Of a stretch of 64,000 nucleotides of DNA, positions 28,080-37,791 are shown piece by piece (position 1 is the stretch's first letter; the number at the start of each line of letters is the position of its first letter). The stretch covers positions 7,088 to 71,087 of the forward strand of contig JBAZTW010000003.1 of NCBI GenBank assembly GCA_041661665.1. The letters run 5' to 3'. The DNA is from Phycisphaerae bacterium. Lineage in GTDB: Bacteria > Planctomycetota > Phycisphaerae > Sedimentisphaerales > UBA12454. The position numbers and the translations under genes were made by a program. Below the pieces are notes generated by a model, which saw nothing but the letters and a program-made list of their open reading frames with translations, had not been told where the DNA came from and made no database searches.

Positions 28080-31000
28080 TTATTTTTTCAGCAACCCCTC
28101 CAGGAGTTTTTTAGCCTGGTTTTCTATTTCCTGCTGTATCTGAGGATTTTTTAAAAGGCTGTTAAGGTCTAAATCAAGTTCTGGCTTGTCAACCGACCCC
28201 TTGAGCGGGATGGGCATTCTCTGGTCTTTATACGGCACAGTAACAGTCATTTTCATTGATTTGTCCAGGCCGATTCTGCCTGCGAAATTGACAGGGTATT
28301 TGCCGATGTCCATTTGCATATTGTCGTAACTGATTATGCCGTCGGCGACGGTGAATTTTGTCGGCTGGAGAGTAATAATCGGTTCCGTCGAGCCGCCTGT
28401 AAGTTGAACTATCGTATTAAGCAGCGGCGAGCCAAGCCGCATATTTGTGATGGAGAGAGTTCCGATGATGGCGATGGTTTTGTCGTAGCCTTTTTCAAGA
28501 GGGAAGACGAGTTTTTCACAGTCGAAACTTAATGTGCCGCTCACATTGGTTGCACGGGCGAATATCGGATTCATATAACCTAAAATAATATCGGATGTCT
28601 GCTGGTTGATTTGAATATTTTCAAAAATTTTCATCTGGCCGGGCGTTTTGAGCAGGGTTGGTTTGTCGGAGAAATTCGCAGAGCCGCCGAAGTTGAGTTT
28701 GCCGGTGTTGACGGTTGAGGTGAACGGCGCGACAGTCATAATACCTTTGTCGATTTTGACATCGAAGTCGCTTTTGCTGATGTTGAATCCCATATACTCG
28801 GCCTTATCGAAACCGAAAGTTGTTTTTGCGCTCAGGTTCGCTTTGAATTGCTGCGGTTCTTTTTTTGGATAGGTGCTTGAAAACCACAGTGAGTCATTTC
28901 GTTTGCCTGCCGCTGTAAAGCCCTGCGGCATAAAAGGCGAAACAATCGAACTGACGGCGGCAAGGTCGTACTCGGCTTTCAGGCTGCCTTCGGTTTTTGT
29001 GTTGGCGCCGAGCTCCGCATTTGAGAGATTGCCGGAGAGTTTTATCTGCGGGCTGGTTACATTCAGCGTCGGTATGTTATAAATCTTTTTGACGGTGTCA
29101 AATTTTCCTGTGAATGCGATTGTCATATTAGGCTGAGTGAAAGGCTCTTTACCGGGCGAGGAAATTTTCAGATTCGTAATGTCTGTTTGTTTAGTCGAGG
29201 CTTCAATTACATCGCCGGTTTTGGCAAATGCCAAATCACCTTTGGCAAGGCCTGCAAATTGCGTATTAGAATCAGCCGCTCCAAAAGCGGTCGCCAGAGA
29301 CATAAGTTTTTCAATCTGTGTTGAAAAGGTTGCGTGGAGTTTTGTGGCGGCAACGGTATTTTTGCCGAATGGCATTGAAAGGTTTGTGATGTTAATTTTA
29401 CCGGCATCGGCGGAAATATCAGCGGTTTTCGCTGTGAGCAGTTGTTTATCGAAGTCTGCGCTGAAATCGAATCCGGCCTTTGCGGCGGGTTCGGAAATAA
29501 TTTTTCCATTCGTCATTTTTATTACGACATTAGTCGCTGATGCGCTGCCTGTGGAAGCGAAAACTTTTTTGACAAACGAGCCTTTACCGATTAACTGGGC
29601 TGAGCCTGACAGTTTCGGTTTTATTTCGATGAACTGCCCCATATCAGCCTGAAGTCTTTCGAGGTCAACATCGGCGGTGTAATTCATATTGTCGGTTGTG
29701 CCGGTGAGGTTGGCTTTTACAAAAGAAGAATCGACGTTTAACTTTTCAAAAATTATCTGCTTATTTTGTGAAACGAGTTTCGCATCAATTTCGACGGGTT
29801 TTGAAAGTATAATTTGTTTGATGGGAAATCTGCCTTCCAGCGCCCAGAGTTTTATTTTGCCAGCCAGAATTCTTTTGCCGCTCTGTCCTTCGGTATTGAT
29901 ATTTCCGCTGAGTCTGCCATAGTTGATATCGAAATCCTGTTTGAATTTGGCAATAGTTTTTACCTGTTTGAGCGTTTTGGCAAGGTCGCAGTCGAACTGA
30001 GCCTGCATGGTGTCGGTCGAATCGGACTGTAAAAATTTACCAAGACCGTCGAAAGTTCTCGGCACAGTTCCCTTCGCTTCGGCGGTGAGGCCGTCAGCTT
30101 CTATTTTGAGTCGGCTGATGTTGATGGACTTTTCAGTTGTACTTAATTTTACATCGGTGGCGAACTTTGTGCTTTGCAGTCTGTCGCCTTTGAGGAAATC
30201 GCCGGAGACATCGAGATTTGTCGCGTGAACTTTGCCTTCGAGATTTTCGAATTGTCCTTTTTTTATTTCAGCGTTCACATTTGCGCTGAGTCTGCCCGCA
30301 GCGGCGACATTGACATTCATCGCTTTGAAGAGCGGAGACAGGGTCGCAAGTTCAAGGTCGTTGACATCGACAGCCAGGTTGCCGTAAGCGCCCGTTAGCG
30401 ACCATTCCTTTTTCGGGGTCATATCGCCTGCCACAGCGATATTCGTAATATCATTTGCGCCGGCGACGGTCATCGCGACATTAAAATCACTTGTGTTGCC
30501 GAGCGGCCTCATCGCGATTTTGCTGTTTATGTCTTTCAGTTCGAGCGTCTGCATAATTTGCTTGGCGTCGGGTGCGATAATTTTTACATTACCCTGATTT
30601 ATTGTAAGGTTCATTCGGTCAAGCGGAATCATCGGAACGGAGGGAGTTTTTTTGGTCTGCTGCGAAATGACGACAGTACTCTGTTTCTTCTTTGGCGTTT
30701 CTATGCCAATGGTAAGCGATAAATATGGTTTGTCTATAATAGCTTTATCTATGGCGACTTTTCCGCCGAGCAGCGAAATATAATCCGGGTACGCGGCGAT
30801 TTGTTCTGCGGTCAGTTTGGTCGAGCCAGCGGTGTTGGTAAAATCGAGCTTATTCGCTTTAATGCCGGAAAACCAGCCCATTGAAATCGAGCGAATAGCG
30901 ACTTTGCCGTCTATTGCGCCGTTGATTTTCTGAAGAATAAAGTTATTCCCGCCCCTGCTGGATACATAAACAGGTATACCGAAGAATGGAATCGCAAGCA

Positions 31001-31082
31001 AAACGCACAAAAAAATCAGCGCGGACAGAAGAATTTTTTTTACGGACAATTTCTTTTTAACAGGATTGTTTTCGGTTTGCAT
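28080..31082 (-). CDS. large membrane-anchored beta-rich protein, AsmA/TamB-like (tentative)
   Basis: 1000 aa with a single N-terminal TM (ILLSALIFLCVLLAIPFFGIPVYV), then a repetitive T/S/N/G-rich sequence. Confidence 0.5.
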   Translation of the reverse strand: MQTENNPVKKKLSVKKILLSALIFLCVLLAIPFFGIPVYVSSRGGNNFILQKINGAIDGKVAIRSISMGWFSGIKANKLDFTNTAGSTKLTAEQIAAYPDYISLLGGKVAIDKAIIDKPYLSLTIGIETPKKKQSTVVISQQTKKTPSVPMIPLDRMNLTINQGNVKIIAPDAKQIMQTLELKDINSKIAMRPLGNTSDFNVAMTVAGANDITNIAVAGDMTPKKEWSLTGAYGNLAVDVNDLELATLSPLFKAMNVNVAAAGRLSANVNAEIKKGQFENLEGKVHATNLDVSGDFLKGDRLQSTKFATDVKLSTTEKSINISRLKIEADGLTAEAKGTVPRTFDGLGKFLQSDSTDTMQAQFDCDLAKTLKQVKTIAKFKQDFDINYGRLSGNINTEGQSGKRILAGKIKLWALEGRFPIKQIILSKPVEIDAKLVSQNKQIIFEKLNVDSSFVKANLTGTTDNMNYTADVDLERLQADMGQFIEIKPKLSGSAQLIGKGSFVKKVFASTGSASATNVVIKMTNGKIISEPAAKAGFDFSADFDKQLLTAKTADISADAGKINITNLSMPFGKNTVAATKLHATFSTQIEKLMSLATAFGAADSNTQFAGLAKGDLAFAKTGDVIEASTKQTDITNLKISSPGKEPFTQPNMTIAFTGKFDTVKKIYNIPTLNVTSPQIKLSGNLSNAELGANTKTEGSLKAEYDLAAVSSIVSPFMPQGFTAAGKRNDSLWFSSTYPKKEPQQFKANLSAKTTFGFDKAEYMGFNISKSDFDVKIDKGIMTVAPFTSTVNTGKLNFGGSANFSDKPTLLKTPGQMKIFENIQINQQTSDIILGYMNPIFARATNVSGTLSFDCEKLVFPLEKGYDKTIAIIGTLSITNMRLGSPLLNTIVQLTGGSTEPIITLQPTKFTVADGIISYDNMQMDIGKYPVNFAGRIGLDKSMKMTVTVPYKDQRMPIPLKGSVDKPELDLDLNSLLKNPQIQQEIENQAKKLLEGLLKK

Positions 31083-31176
31083 AAACTTCTCCGAAGTTAG
31101 TTGTTAATTCTTTGAGCCGTTTGCGGCGGAATTGTTTTTACTGATAACTGAGCTTCTGATAACTGATAACTTTTTT

Positions 31177-31737
31177 TCAGTCTTTCATTATTTCATCGGA
31201 CTTATGTTTAATGGCCGATTCTATTTTATCGGTGTACTCCTTGGTCAGGTCGTCCATCGTTTTTTTGCCTTTTTCCTTATCGTCTTCGGTAGCGGTCTTT
31301 GCTTTTTCGGCGTCTTCAAGTTTCTTAATCGCGTCCCTGCGTATGTTGCGGAGAGTTACCTTCGATTGTTCGCCGAGCTGTTTAGCCTGTGCGGCAAGCT
31401 GTTTTCTTCGCTCCTGGCTAAGCGGGGGAATACTCAGCCGAATGACTTTGCCGTCGCTCATCGGATTGATGGAAAGGTCGCTGGCCTGGATTGCTTTTTC
31501 AATTCCCTTGATTGATGCCGGGTCGAAAGGCTTTATCAATATCGTGGTGCCGTCCTGTATTGAGAGCGTGGCCAACTGTTTCAATGGCGTAGGCGTGCCG
31601 TAGTATTCAACTCTGAGATTTTCGACAAGACCGGTCGATGCTCTGCCGGTTCTAACGCCCTTAAACTCACCTGCCAAATGCTCAAGAGCTTTTTCCATTA
31701 ACCCTTTGTGTTCAACTATAATTTTTTGCGTTGGCAT
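31177..31737 (-). CDS. frr: ribosome recycling factor
   Basis: Start at MPTQK; GVRTGRASTGLVENLRVEYYG. Confidence 0.92.
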   Translation of the reverse strand: MPTQKIIVEHKGLMEKALEHLAGEFKGVRTGRASTGLVENLRVEYYGTPTPLKQLATLSIQDGTTILIKPFDPASIKGIEKAIQASDLSINPMSDGKVIRLSIPPLSQERRKQLAAQAKQLGEQSKVTLRNIRRDAIKKLEDAEKAKTATEDDKEKGKKTMDDLTKEYTDKIESAIKHKSDEIMKD

Positions 31738-31796
31738 AATATTTCCTGTCAAAATAAAATAAAAAATCAAAGATACAAAATCAAAATTAAGTTTTT

Positions 31797-31824
31797 ACAC
31801 CTGTCGCTGTCGCTCCAGGCTCTG
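31797..31824 (-). repeat. repeat family R4 (CAGAGCCTGGAGCGAWAGCGACAGGTGT)
   Basis: Reverse complement of the copies at 49099 and 61966. Confidence 0.8.
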
Positions 31825-31828
31825 ATTA

Positions 31829-31853
31829 CCGCTCCATCACTGTCGCGGCTCTG
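31829..31853 (-). repeat. repeat family R5 (CAGAGCCGCGACAGTGATGGAGCGG)
   Basis: Matches 62194-62218. Variants lie at 37792 and 55550. Confidence 0.75.
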
Positions 31854-31856
31854 ATT

Positions 31857-32573
31857 TTAGGATACTATTGTTCCGATTTTTTCGCCCTTCAGGGCTTTTA
31901 TAATATTTCCCTTCTGGAAGATATTTAAAACAATAATCGGTATATTATTTTCACTGCAAAGACTTATCGCGGCCTGGTCCATCACGCGCAGATTTTTATT
32001 TAAAACATCGCGATATGAAATTTTCTCGAATAATTTGGCGTTTGGATTTTTGTTCGGGTCATCATCATAAACGCCGTCAACCTTCGTCGCCTTTATAATC
32101 AGATCCGCATCGAGTTCGCTTGCCCGCAAAGCTGCGCAGGTATCGGTCGAGAAAAACGGATTGCCGGTGCCGCCAGCGAGTATCGCGACTCTGCCTTCTT
32201 CGAGATGCTTGATTGCTTTTCTCCTGATGAATGGCTCGCAAATGGCCGAGACATCTATCGCACTGAGAACTCTTGTCGGCTGACCGAGTTTTTCGAGAGT
32301 TTCCTGTAGAGCACAGGCATTGATAACCGTCGCAAGCATTCCCATATAATCGGCGGTGTGTCTTGGGATATGACTTTTTTTGCTGAAAGTTTCGCCTCGA
32401 AGGAAGTTGCCTCCTCCGATAACGATAGCGATTTGCACGCCGAGTTTATGAACCTGTATGATTCTGTCGGCCACGGATTCGAGCTGTTCGCCGTCGATGC
32501 CGAAACCCCCGGCTTTGCAAAAACTTTCGCCGCTGATTTTGAGCAGCACCCGTTTGTATTTTAATTCGCTCAT
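31857..32573 (-). CDS. pyrH: UMP kinase
   Basis: KRVLLKISGE, GGGNFLRG. Confidence 0.92.
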   Translation of the reverse strand: MSELKYKRVLLKISGESFCKAGGFGIDGEQLESVADRIIQVHKLGVQIAIVIGGGNFLRGETFSKKSHIPRHTADYMGMLATVINACALQETLEKLGQPTRVLSAIDVSAICEPFIRRKAIKHLEEGRVAILAGGTGNPFFSTDTCAALRASELDADLIIKATKVDGVYDDDPNKNPNAKLFEKISYRDVLNKNLRVMDQAAISLCSENNIPIIVLNIFQKGNIIKALKGEKIGTIVS

Positions 32574-32657
32574 CCCTGTCGCCTTACAAACATAATAGAC
32601 ATAAAAAAAGCACTCCCGCGCTTTCTTGCGAAAGCAAGAGTGGGAGTGCTTATTATA

Positions 32658-33527
32658 TTAGCCAATAGCCAAACGTACAAATCTTTTTATTTTAGCAGTT
32701 CCACCCGCCGTCTTTGCAGAGTCGGCGAGAACTTTTTCAACTGAAACCTTGTCGTCCTTGACAAAACCCTGCGAAAGCAGACAATTTTCGGCATAAAATT
32801 TCTTCATTTTGCCTTCAACTATTTTCTCTATCATATTCGCGGGCTTATCTTTCATCTGGTCAGCGGCAATAGCCTTTTCCTTTTCAATAACTTCAGCCGG
32901 AATGCCGGAAGAATCTAATGCCAAAGGATTTATAGCAGCAATGTGCATACAAATATCCTTCGCGATCAGGGCAAAAGCCGCATTGTCAGCGACCGCCTGG
33001 GTCGATGTTTCGATTTCGAGCATAACGCCGATTTTGCCATTAAAGTGAACATAAGTCGAAATCAGACCGGGCGAGGTGAGTTTGAATCTGGCGTAATCGC
33101 CAATTTCTATTTTTTCGCCGATCTTACTTACTGTTTCGGTGATAAGCTGAGATAAACTTTTTCCTCCAGTATCCTCTGTTTTTAACAATTCTTCAACGCT
33201 GTTATCAGAAGGACAAGCAATGATATAGTTATTTAAAGCCTCACCTGTGGAGATGAAATCATCGCTATTTGTGACAAAATCAGTCTCACAGCAAAGTGTC
33301 GCCATCGAAGCTGTTTTGCCATTGTCGCCGGTAACGCAAAGAACTTTACCTTCGGTTGTATCTCTGTCGGCTCTTTTTGCGAGAGTTGCCATACCCTTCT
33401 TTCTAAGCAGGGTCATAGCTTCTTCGAGGTTTCCATTTGTCTCTTCGAGAGCCTTTTTGCAATCCATCATTCCCTGTCCGCTCATTTTGCGGAGCTTCAT
33501 AACTGCTGCGGCTGAAATTTCTGCCAT
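32658..33527 (-). CDS. tsf: elongation factor Ts
   Basis: N-terminal AAAVMKLRKMSGQGMMDCKKAL; 289 aa. Confidence 0.92.
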   Translation of the reverse strand: MAEISAAAVMKLRKMSGQGMMDCKKALEETNGNLEEAMTLLRKKGMATLAKRADRDTTEGKVLCVTGDNGKTASMATLCCETDFVTNSDDFISTGEALNNYIIACPSDNSVEELLKTEDTGGKSLSQLITETVSKIGEKIEIGDYARFKLTSPGLISTYVHFNGKIGVMLEIETSTQAVADNAAFALIAKDICMHIAAINPLALDSSGIPAEVIEKEKAIAADQMKDKPANMIEKIVEGKMKKFYAENCLLSQGFVKDDKVSVEKVLADSAKTAGGTAKIKRFVRLAIG

Positions 33528-33543
33528 TTTTTTACTCCTATTT

Positions 33544-33569
33544 AAGAAAACCCCCAGTAGAACTGGGGG
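33544..33569 (-). terminator. intrinsic terminator/attenuator-like hairpin between rpsB and tsf
   Basis: The minus strand reads CCCCCAG-TTCTA-CTGGGGG followed by TTTTCTT. Confidence 0.5.
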
Positions 33570-33594
33570 CTACATATTTTTCAAATTTAACTTT

Positions 33595-33612
33595 CACAGA
33601 GAACACAGAGTT
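33595..33612 (+). repeat. repeat family R6, partial
   Basis: CACAGAGAACACAGAGTT. Confidence 0.5.
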
Positions 33613-33633
33613 TCGTGTTCATTTGCGGCTATT

Positions 33634-34443
33634 TTACGCTCCGGCTGCGTTCTCATCAGTGCCTGCCGGTGCGCCGGCATCTTCGGCTCTGACTAATGAA
33701 CGCCTGCGAGTTCTTGGTTTGCGTGAATCATCGTCTTTTGACGCGGGCTTATATATAGTCTTGGCCTCAGCGACCGCCGCGGCAAGCTGGCCTATAATCA
33801 GGTCGATAGTCTTTACCGAATCATCGTTTGCCGGTATCGCAACATCAACGAGGTCCGGGTCGGAATCTGTGTCGATGATGCCGATGGTCATAACACCCAT
33901 TTTCTTGGCTTCTTTGAGGGCAAGCATTTCCTTGCGAGCGTCAACAACCACAATCACGCCAGGTACCTGGTTGAGCTTGCGGATGCCGTCGAGGTTTGAT
34001 TTCATTTTTCGAAGTTCGCGTTTGAGAGTCGAGGCTCTCTTTTTGCTTTCGGATTCGATTGAGCCATCGTTTGACATTGCCTCAAGCTCTTCAAGACGCT
34101 GAATTCTTGAGTGCACGGTTCTGAAGTTGGTGAGCGTTCCGCCCAGCCATCTGGTAATAACATAGTGCATACCGGTTGACTCGGCGGCGGATTTAATCGC
34201 CTTGCATGCCTGCCGCTTTGTCCCGACAAAGACGACATCTCTGCCGCTTGAGACGGTATCAGCAAGAAGTTTCTGGGCAATTAAAATGCCCTTTAGAGTT
34301 TCGCGGATATTGATGATGTGAATCATTCCGCGCTTGCTGAAAATGTACGGCTTCATTTTGGGATTCCACCGACTTGCGGCATGACCAAAATGCACGCCTG
34401 CATTTATCAAACTACGAGCTAAATCATTTGCCACTAAAGACAC
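33634..34443 (-). CDS. rpsB: 30S ribosomal protein S2
   Basis: LINAGVHFGHAASRWNPKMKPYIF. Confidence 0.93.
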   Translation of the reverse strand: MSLVANDLARSLINAGVHFGHAASRWNPKMKPYIFSKRGMIHIINIRETLKGILIAQKLLADTVSSGRDVVFVGTKRQACKAIKSAAESTGMHYVITRWLGGTLTNFRTVHSRIQRLEELEAMSNDGSIESESKKRASTLKRELRKMKSNLDGIRKLNQVPGVIVVVDARKEMLALKEAKKMGVMTIGIIDTDSDPDLVDVAIPANDDSVKTIDLIIGQLAAAVAEAKTIYKPASKDDDSRKPRTRRRSLVRAEDAGAPAGTDENAAGA

Positions 34444-34661
34444 TCCAAATACGGTTAAGTTTTATTTTTTACCGCCGAGAACCACAGATATTGCCTGAAA
34501 ACAAGCTCTCTGTTTGCTCTGCGGCTAATTCACGTTGAAACTCAAAATTTGAGAACTCAATACCTTACTGGCAGAGGGCGGCTCTGTCAAGATATTTTGT
34601 CCACATTTAAAGATAGGATTAAAAGGATTATCGCTGTCGTTATTATTGAAATGTAAAAAAC

Positions 34662-34689
34662 TTGCTTTTGTTATTTCCTTAATTATAGT
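34662..34689 (+). promoter_or_regulatory. sigma70-like promoter TTGCTT-N16-TATAGT
   Basis: The -10 element ends 8 nt before the ATG at 34698. Confidence 0.4.
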
Positions 34690-34697
34690 CTGAAGCG

Positions 34698-35225
34698 ATG
34701 CGAAAAGGGCTGAAATATGTAATTTTCAAAACAAAAGCCGGTTTTTTCGGACTTTTGGCTGATGAAAATGGTCTCAAGAGGACTGTTTTGCCTCAAGCTT
34801 CGTATTTAAAAGCTAAAAAATACATACTGGTTGGTACGCAAGATGGGGTAAAAGAATCTAATGTGCTTTGCTCGGCATTGCAAAAGGCGATAAAAGCATA
34901 TTATGATACTGATAACGGGGATTTAATAGATTTTGCAAAACACTTTTCTGGGTTGCTTTGTTTTGAGGGGTCCGAATTTACCCAAAAAGTTCTGAAAACC
35001 TGTATGAAAATTCCGCCCGGCCAAACATTGTCATATTCCCAGCTCGCAAAAAAAGCTGGCTTTCCAAACGCAGCCCGCGCAGTCGGCAGCGTTCTTGCAA
35101 AAAATAAATTGCCTTTAATAATCCCCTGCCATAGAGTTGTCCGTGCTGACGGCAAAATCGGAAACTTCAGCGCGCCCGGCGGAACGAAAACAAAAAAAAG
35201 GATGCTCGATTATGAAAAAAATTAA
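34698..35225 (+). CDS. ogt: methylated-DNA--protein-cysteine methyltransferase
   Basis: Active site IIPCHRVV. Confidence 0.85.
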   Translation: MRKGLKYVIFKTKAGFFGLLADENGLKRTVLPQASYLKAKKYILVGTQDGVKESNVLCSALQKAIKAYYDTDNGDLIDFAKHFSGLLCFEGSEFTQKVLKTCMKIPPGQTLSYSQLAKKAGFPNAARAVGSVLAKNKLPLIIPCHRVVRADGKIGNFSAPGGTKTKKRMLDYEKN

Positions 35226-35586
35226 TACGCAAAATGCACCGGCAGCAGTAGGACCATATTCACAGGCGATTGACGCTGGAGTGTTTATCTTTCTGGCGGG
35301 ACAAATTCCGCTCGACCCGAAAACCGGCCAATTGGTCGAAGGCGGGGTTGATGTACAAACCAAACGGGTAATCGAAAATATCAAAGCTGTTCTGGCTGCG
35401 GCGGGAAGCGATTTGACAAAAATTGTTTCATCGACCGTCTATCTGACGGATATGGATAATTTCGCGAAAATGAATGAAGTTTACGCAAGTTATTTTACTG
35501 AGCCTTATCCGGCAAGAGTTACTATCGCGATTAAAAGCCTGCCGAAAAATGCGCTGGTGGAAATCGCGGTAATTGCGGTTAAGTAG
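35212..35586 (+). CDS. ridA: RidA family reactive-intermediate deaminase
   Basis: MKKINTQNAPAAVGPYSQAI...; overlaps the ogt end by 14 nt. Confidence 0.88.
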   Translation: MKKINTQNAPAAVGPYSQAIDAGVFIFLAGQIPLDPKTGQLVEGGVDVQTKRVIENIKAVLAAAGSDLTKIVSSTVYLTDMDNFAKMNEVYASYFTEPYPARVTIAIKSLPKNALVEIAVIAVK

Positions 35587-35623
35587 CCATCCGGCTTCGT
35601 CTTCGACTTCGCCGCGACAGGCA
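35587..35623 (+). repeat. repeat family R7 (37-mer)
   Basis: Identical to 25629-25665. Starts immediately after the ridA stop. Confidence 0.85.
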
Positions 35624-35660
35624 GAGAACACAGAAAAAAATTGTTTTGCGGAGAAAAATT

Positions 35661-36035
35661 ATGCAGGAAAAATTTGAAAATATGAATATCAGCGGCTCAT
35701 GTTTTATGGATGCAAATTTATCCAAGTCAAAATTTGAAAACGTGAATCTCTCTGAATCGGTTTTTCACAATATAAATTTCGGTAATGTTTCTTTTTCCGC
35801 TGCGCAAATGGGCGGCACTATATTCAGGCATATCGGCCTGCCGGACGAAATAAGAGGTACGAAAAAACAGAAGGGGCTTGTTTTTGAGCAGTGCGACCTC
35901 AACGATACTATTTTTAAAGAATGTAATCTTAAAAATGTCAGGATTGAAAAATCTGAAATTGATGGAATGACTATTGACGGCTATTCTGTTAAAGAACTGA
36001 TAGAACATTATAATGCCAAAGGCGGATGTAAATAA
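35661..36035 (+). CDS. pentapeptide repeat protein
   Basis: Repeats such as ANLSKSKFENVNLSESVFHNINFGNVSF. Confidence 0.75.
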   Translation: MQEKFENMNISGSCFMDANLSKSKFENVNLSESVFHNINFGNVSFSAAQMGGTIFRHIGLPDEIRGTKKQKGLVFEQCDLNDTIFKECNLKNVRIEKSEIDGMTIDGYSVKELIEHYNAKGGCK

Positions 36036-36077
36036 TTTTCATCACAAAAAACATAGGGGCATAGCAGAATTTTATAT

Positions 36078-36839
36078 ATGAAACTTAGTCGAATTATTAT
36101 TTTGTTTTTGTGTGCGGTTGGGATGATGTTTTTATCTGGCTGTTATTATTTTCGATTGCAGGAAACAAAAAGCCAATTGATGAATTTCGACAAGTATTAC
36201 ATTCTTGAAGACAGCAATCAATTCTCCATTTCCGCCAGTAAGCCGATGTTGTATCCCGATGATGTTGTTCGCATTTTTAAATCCGAACCGGCAGCGAAAG
36301 AACAAACAACGAGTGAATTGTATTATGATTATGTTCTCGAAAAACAGTATCAGGCTGGAAAAGATGAGCAGGGCGATTACAATATCAAATTGCGATTTGT
36401 GTTTACCGACGGGAAATTAAATAAGCTTTTGATAGATGAACGATTCTTTGCGATACTGCCAAAAAATGTTGTTGCTGCTTTGGCAAGGTCGTTAGGGGAC
36501 GCGAAAATAGACGTGAGGAATCGGCGTTTGTCGTTAAATCTAAATGTCAGTCAGATACATTTGCCTGATGTGAATGAAGTTGCCGCATCGCTCGGCAAGC
36601 CATCCTGGCAAAAAGATAATCGGTATGTTTATAATTATCTTCGCAAAAATCCAAACGAGAAAAATAATAACGGCAAACCTGCATGGGCAGATTTTGTTTT
36701 TGACAAGCAAGGCAAATGTATAAAATGCCGAAACAGGGTGTTTGGCATTCCGTTTGAGATGGATACTGAAAAACAGTTGCTGTCAGGCACAAAAACTGAT
36801 GGGCAGACGGTACAACTGAAAATAGTCGTTAATAGATAG
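36078..36839 (+). CDS. hypothetical lipoprotein
   Basis: Lipobox MFLSGC after a hydrophobic leader. Confidence 0.5.
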   Translation: MKLSRIIILFLCAVGMMFLSGCYYFRLQETKSQLMNFDKYYILEDSNQFSISASKPMLYPDDVVRIFKSEPAAKEQTTSELYYDYVLEKQYQAGKDEQGDYNIKLRFVFTDGKLNKLLIDERFFAILPKNVVAALARSLGDAKIDVRNRRLSLNLNVSQIHLPDVNEVAASLGKPSWQKDNRYVYNYLRKNPNEKNNNGKPAWADFVFDKQGKCIKCRNRVFGIPFEMDTEKQLLSGTKTDGQTVQLKIVVNR

Positions 36840-36844
36840 GCGGT

Positions 36845-37258
36845 ATGGCAAATTCGCATCTTGTTATTTTGAAAAAGCAGTATCTTGATAAGATACTCGA
36901 CGGCAGCAAAACAATCGAGTCGAGACTTACAAAGGGTAGATGCCCGCCATTCGATTGCGTCTCGGTTGGTGATGTGTTGTTCTTTAAAGAATCCGCTGGA
37001 ATGGTTGTTGCCAAAGCGCAGGCGGCGGCGGTAAAGCAATTCAGCAATCTTACGCCGCAGGCTGTCGCAAAACTTAAAGCTGAATACAACGACCGAATCT
37101 GCGGCGATGATGAATACTGGCAGCTAAAGGCTGACAGCGAATACGCGACGTTAGTAAAATTAAAAAATGTGGAGACAATTCCGCCCCGGAGAATTTATAA
37201 AAAAGACTGGCGGGCGTGGGTGGTTTTGAAAAAGCCGAATGATTTCGGACTGCTGTAA
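36845..37258 (+). CDS. ASCH (PUA-like) domain protein
   Basis: 137 aa; KKQYLDKILDGSKTIESRL...VGDVLFFKE pattern. Confidence 0.6.
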   Translation: MANSHLVILKKQYLDKILDGSKTIESRLTKGRCPPFDCVSVGDVLFFKESAGMVVAKAQAAAVKQFSNLTPQAVAKLKAEYNDRICGDDEYWQLKADSEYATLVKLKNVETIPPRRIYKKDWRAWVVLKKPNDFGLL

Positions 37259-37440
37259 AAAAGGCACAAAGGAGCAAAGGCACATAGGCACAAAGAAACT
37301 GAAACACTGATTTAGCGGATTTTATTGCCGATAACTGATAACCGAGTTTCTGATAACTGTTTTGCGGTTGACAAAAAGATAGGTATGGTAGAGAATGTAC
37401 CGAAAGGATTTAGAGTTTGAGAATACAAGGAGCTTGATTT

Positions 37441-37764
37441 ATGGAAACGACAAAAATAGCGGTTTTCAAAGGTAAAGAGATACGAAAAACAATCCAAAAG
37501 AATGAATGGTGGTTTTCGGTTGTTGATGTATGTGAGGCATTGACAGAGAGCCCCGATGCCGGAGCGTATTGGAGAAAGTTAAAACAACGGCTAAAAGAAG
37601 AAGGAAGCGAAGTTGTGACATTTTGTCACGGGTTGAAATTGGAAGCGCCGGACGGCAAAATGCGTGATACTGATTGTGCCAATACCGAAGGCGTTTTTCG
37701 CATAATCCAGTCGATTCCGTCACCTACAATCAGAGCCCAAGCGACAGCGCAAGGGGTTTCGTAG
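37441..37764 (+). pseudogene. Bro-N / prophage antirepressor-like gene fragment
   Basis: FKGKEIRKTIQKNEWWFSVVDVCEALT...TEGVFRIIQSIPSP, then the ORF runs into repeat R2, whose GTAGGGG supplies the stop. Homologues as I recall them continue well beyond this point. Confidence 0.55.
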
Positions 37765-37788
37765 GGGCAAACCTATGTGTCTGCCCAC
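37761..37788 (+). repeat. repeat family R2 (GTAGGGGCAGACCTGTGTGTCTGCCCGC), diverged copy
   Basis: 3 mismatches to the copies at 54572 and 56693. Confidence 0.75.
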
Positions 37789-37791
37789 ATT

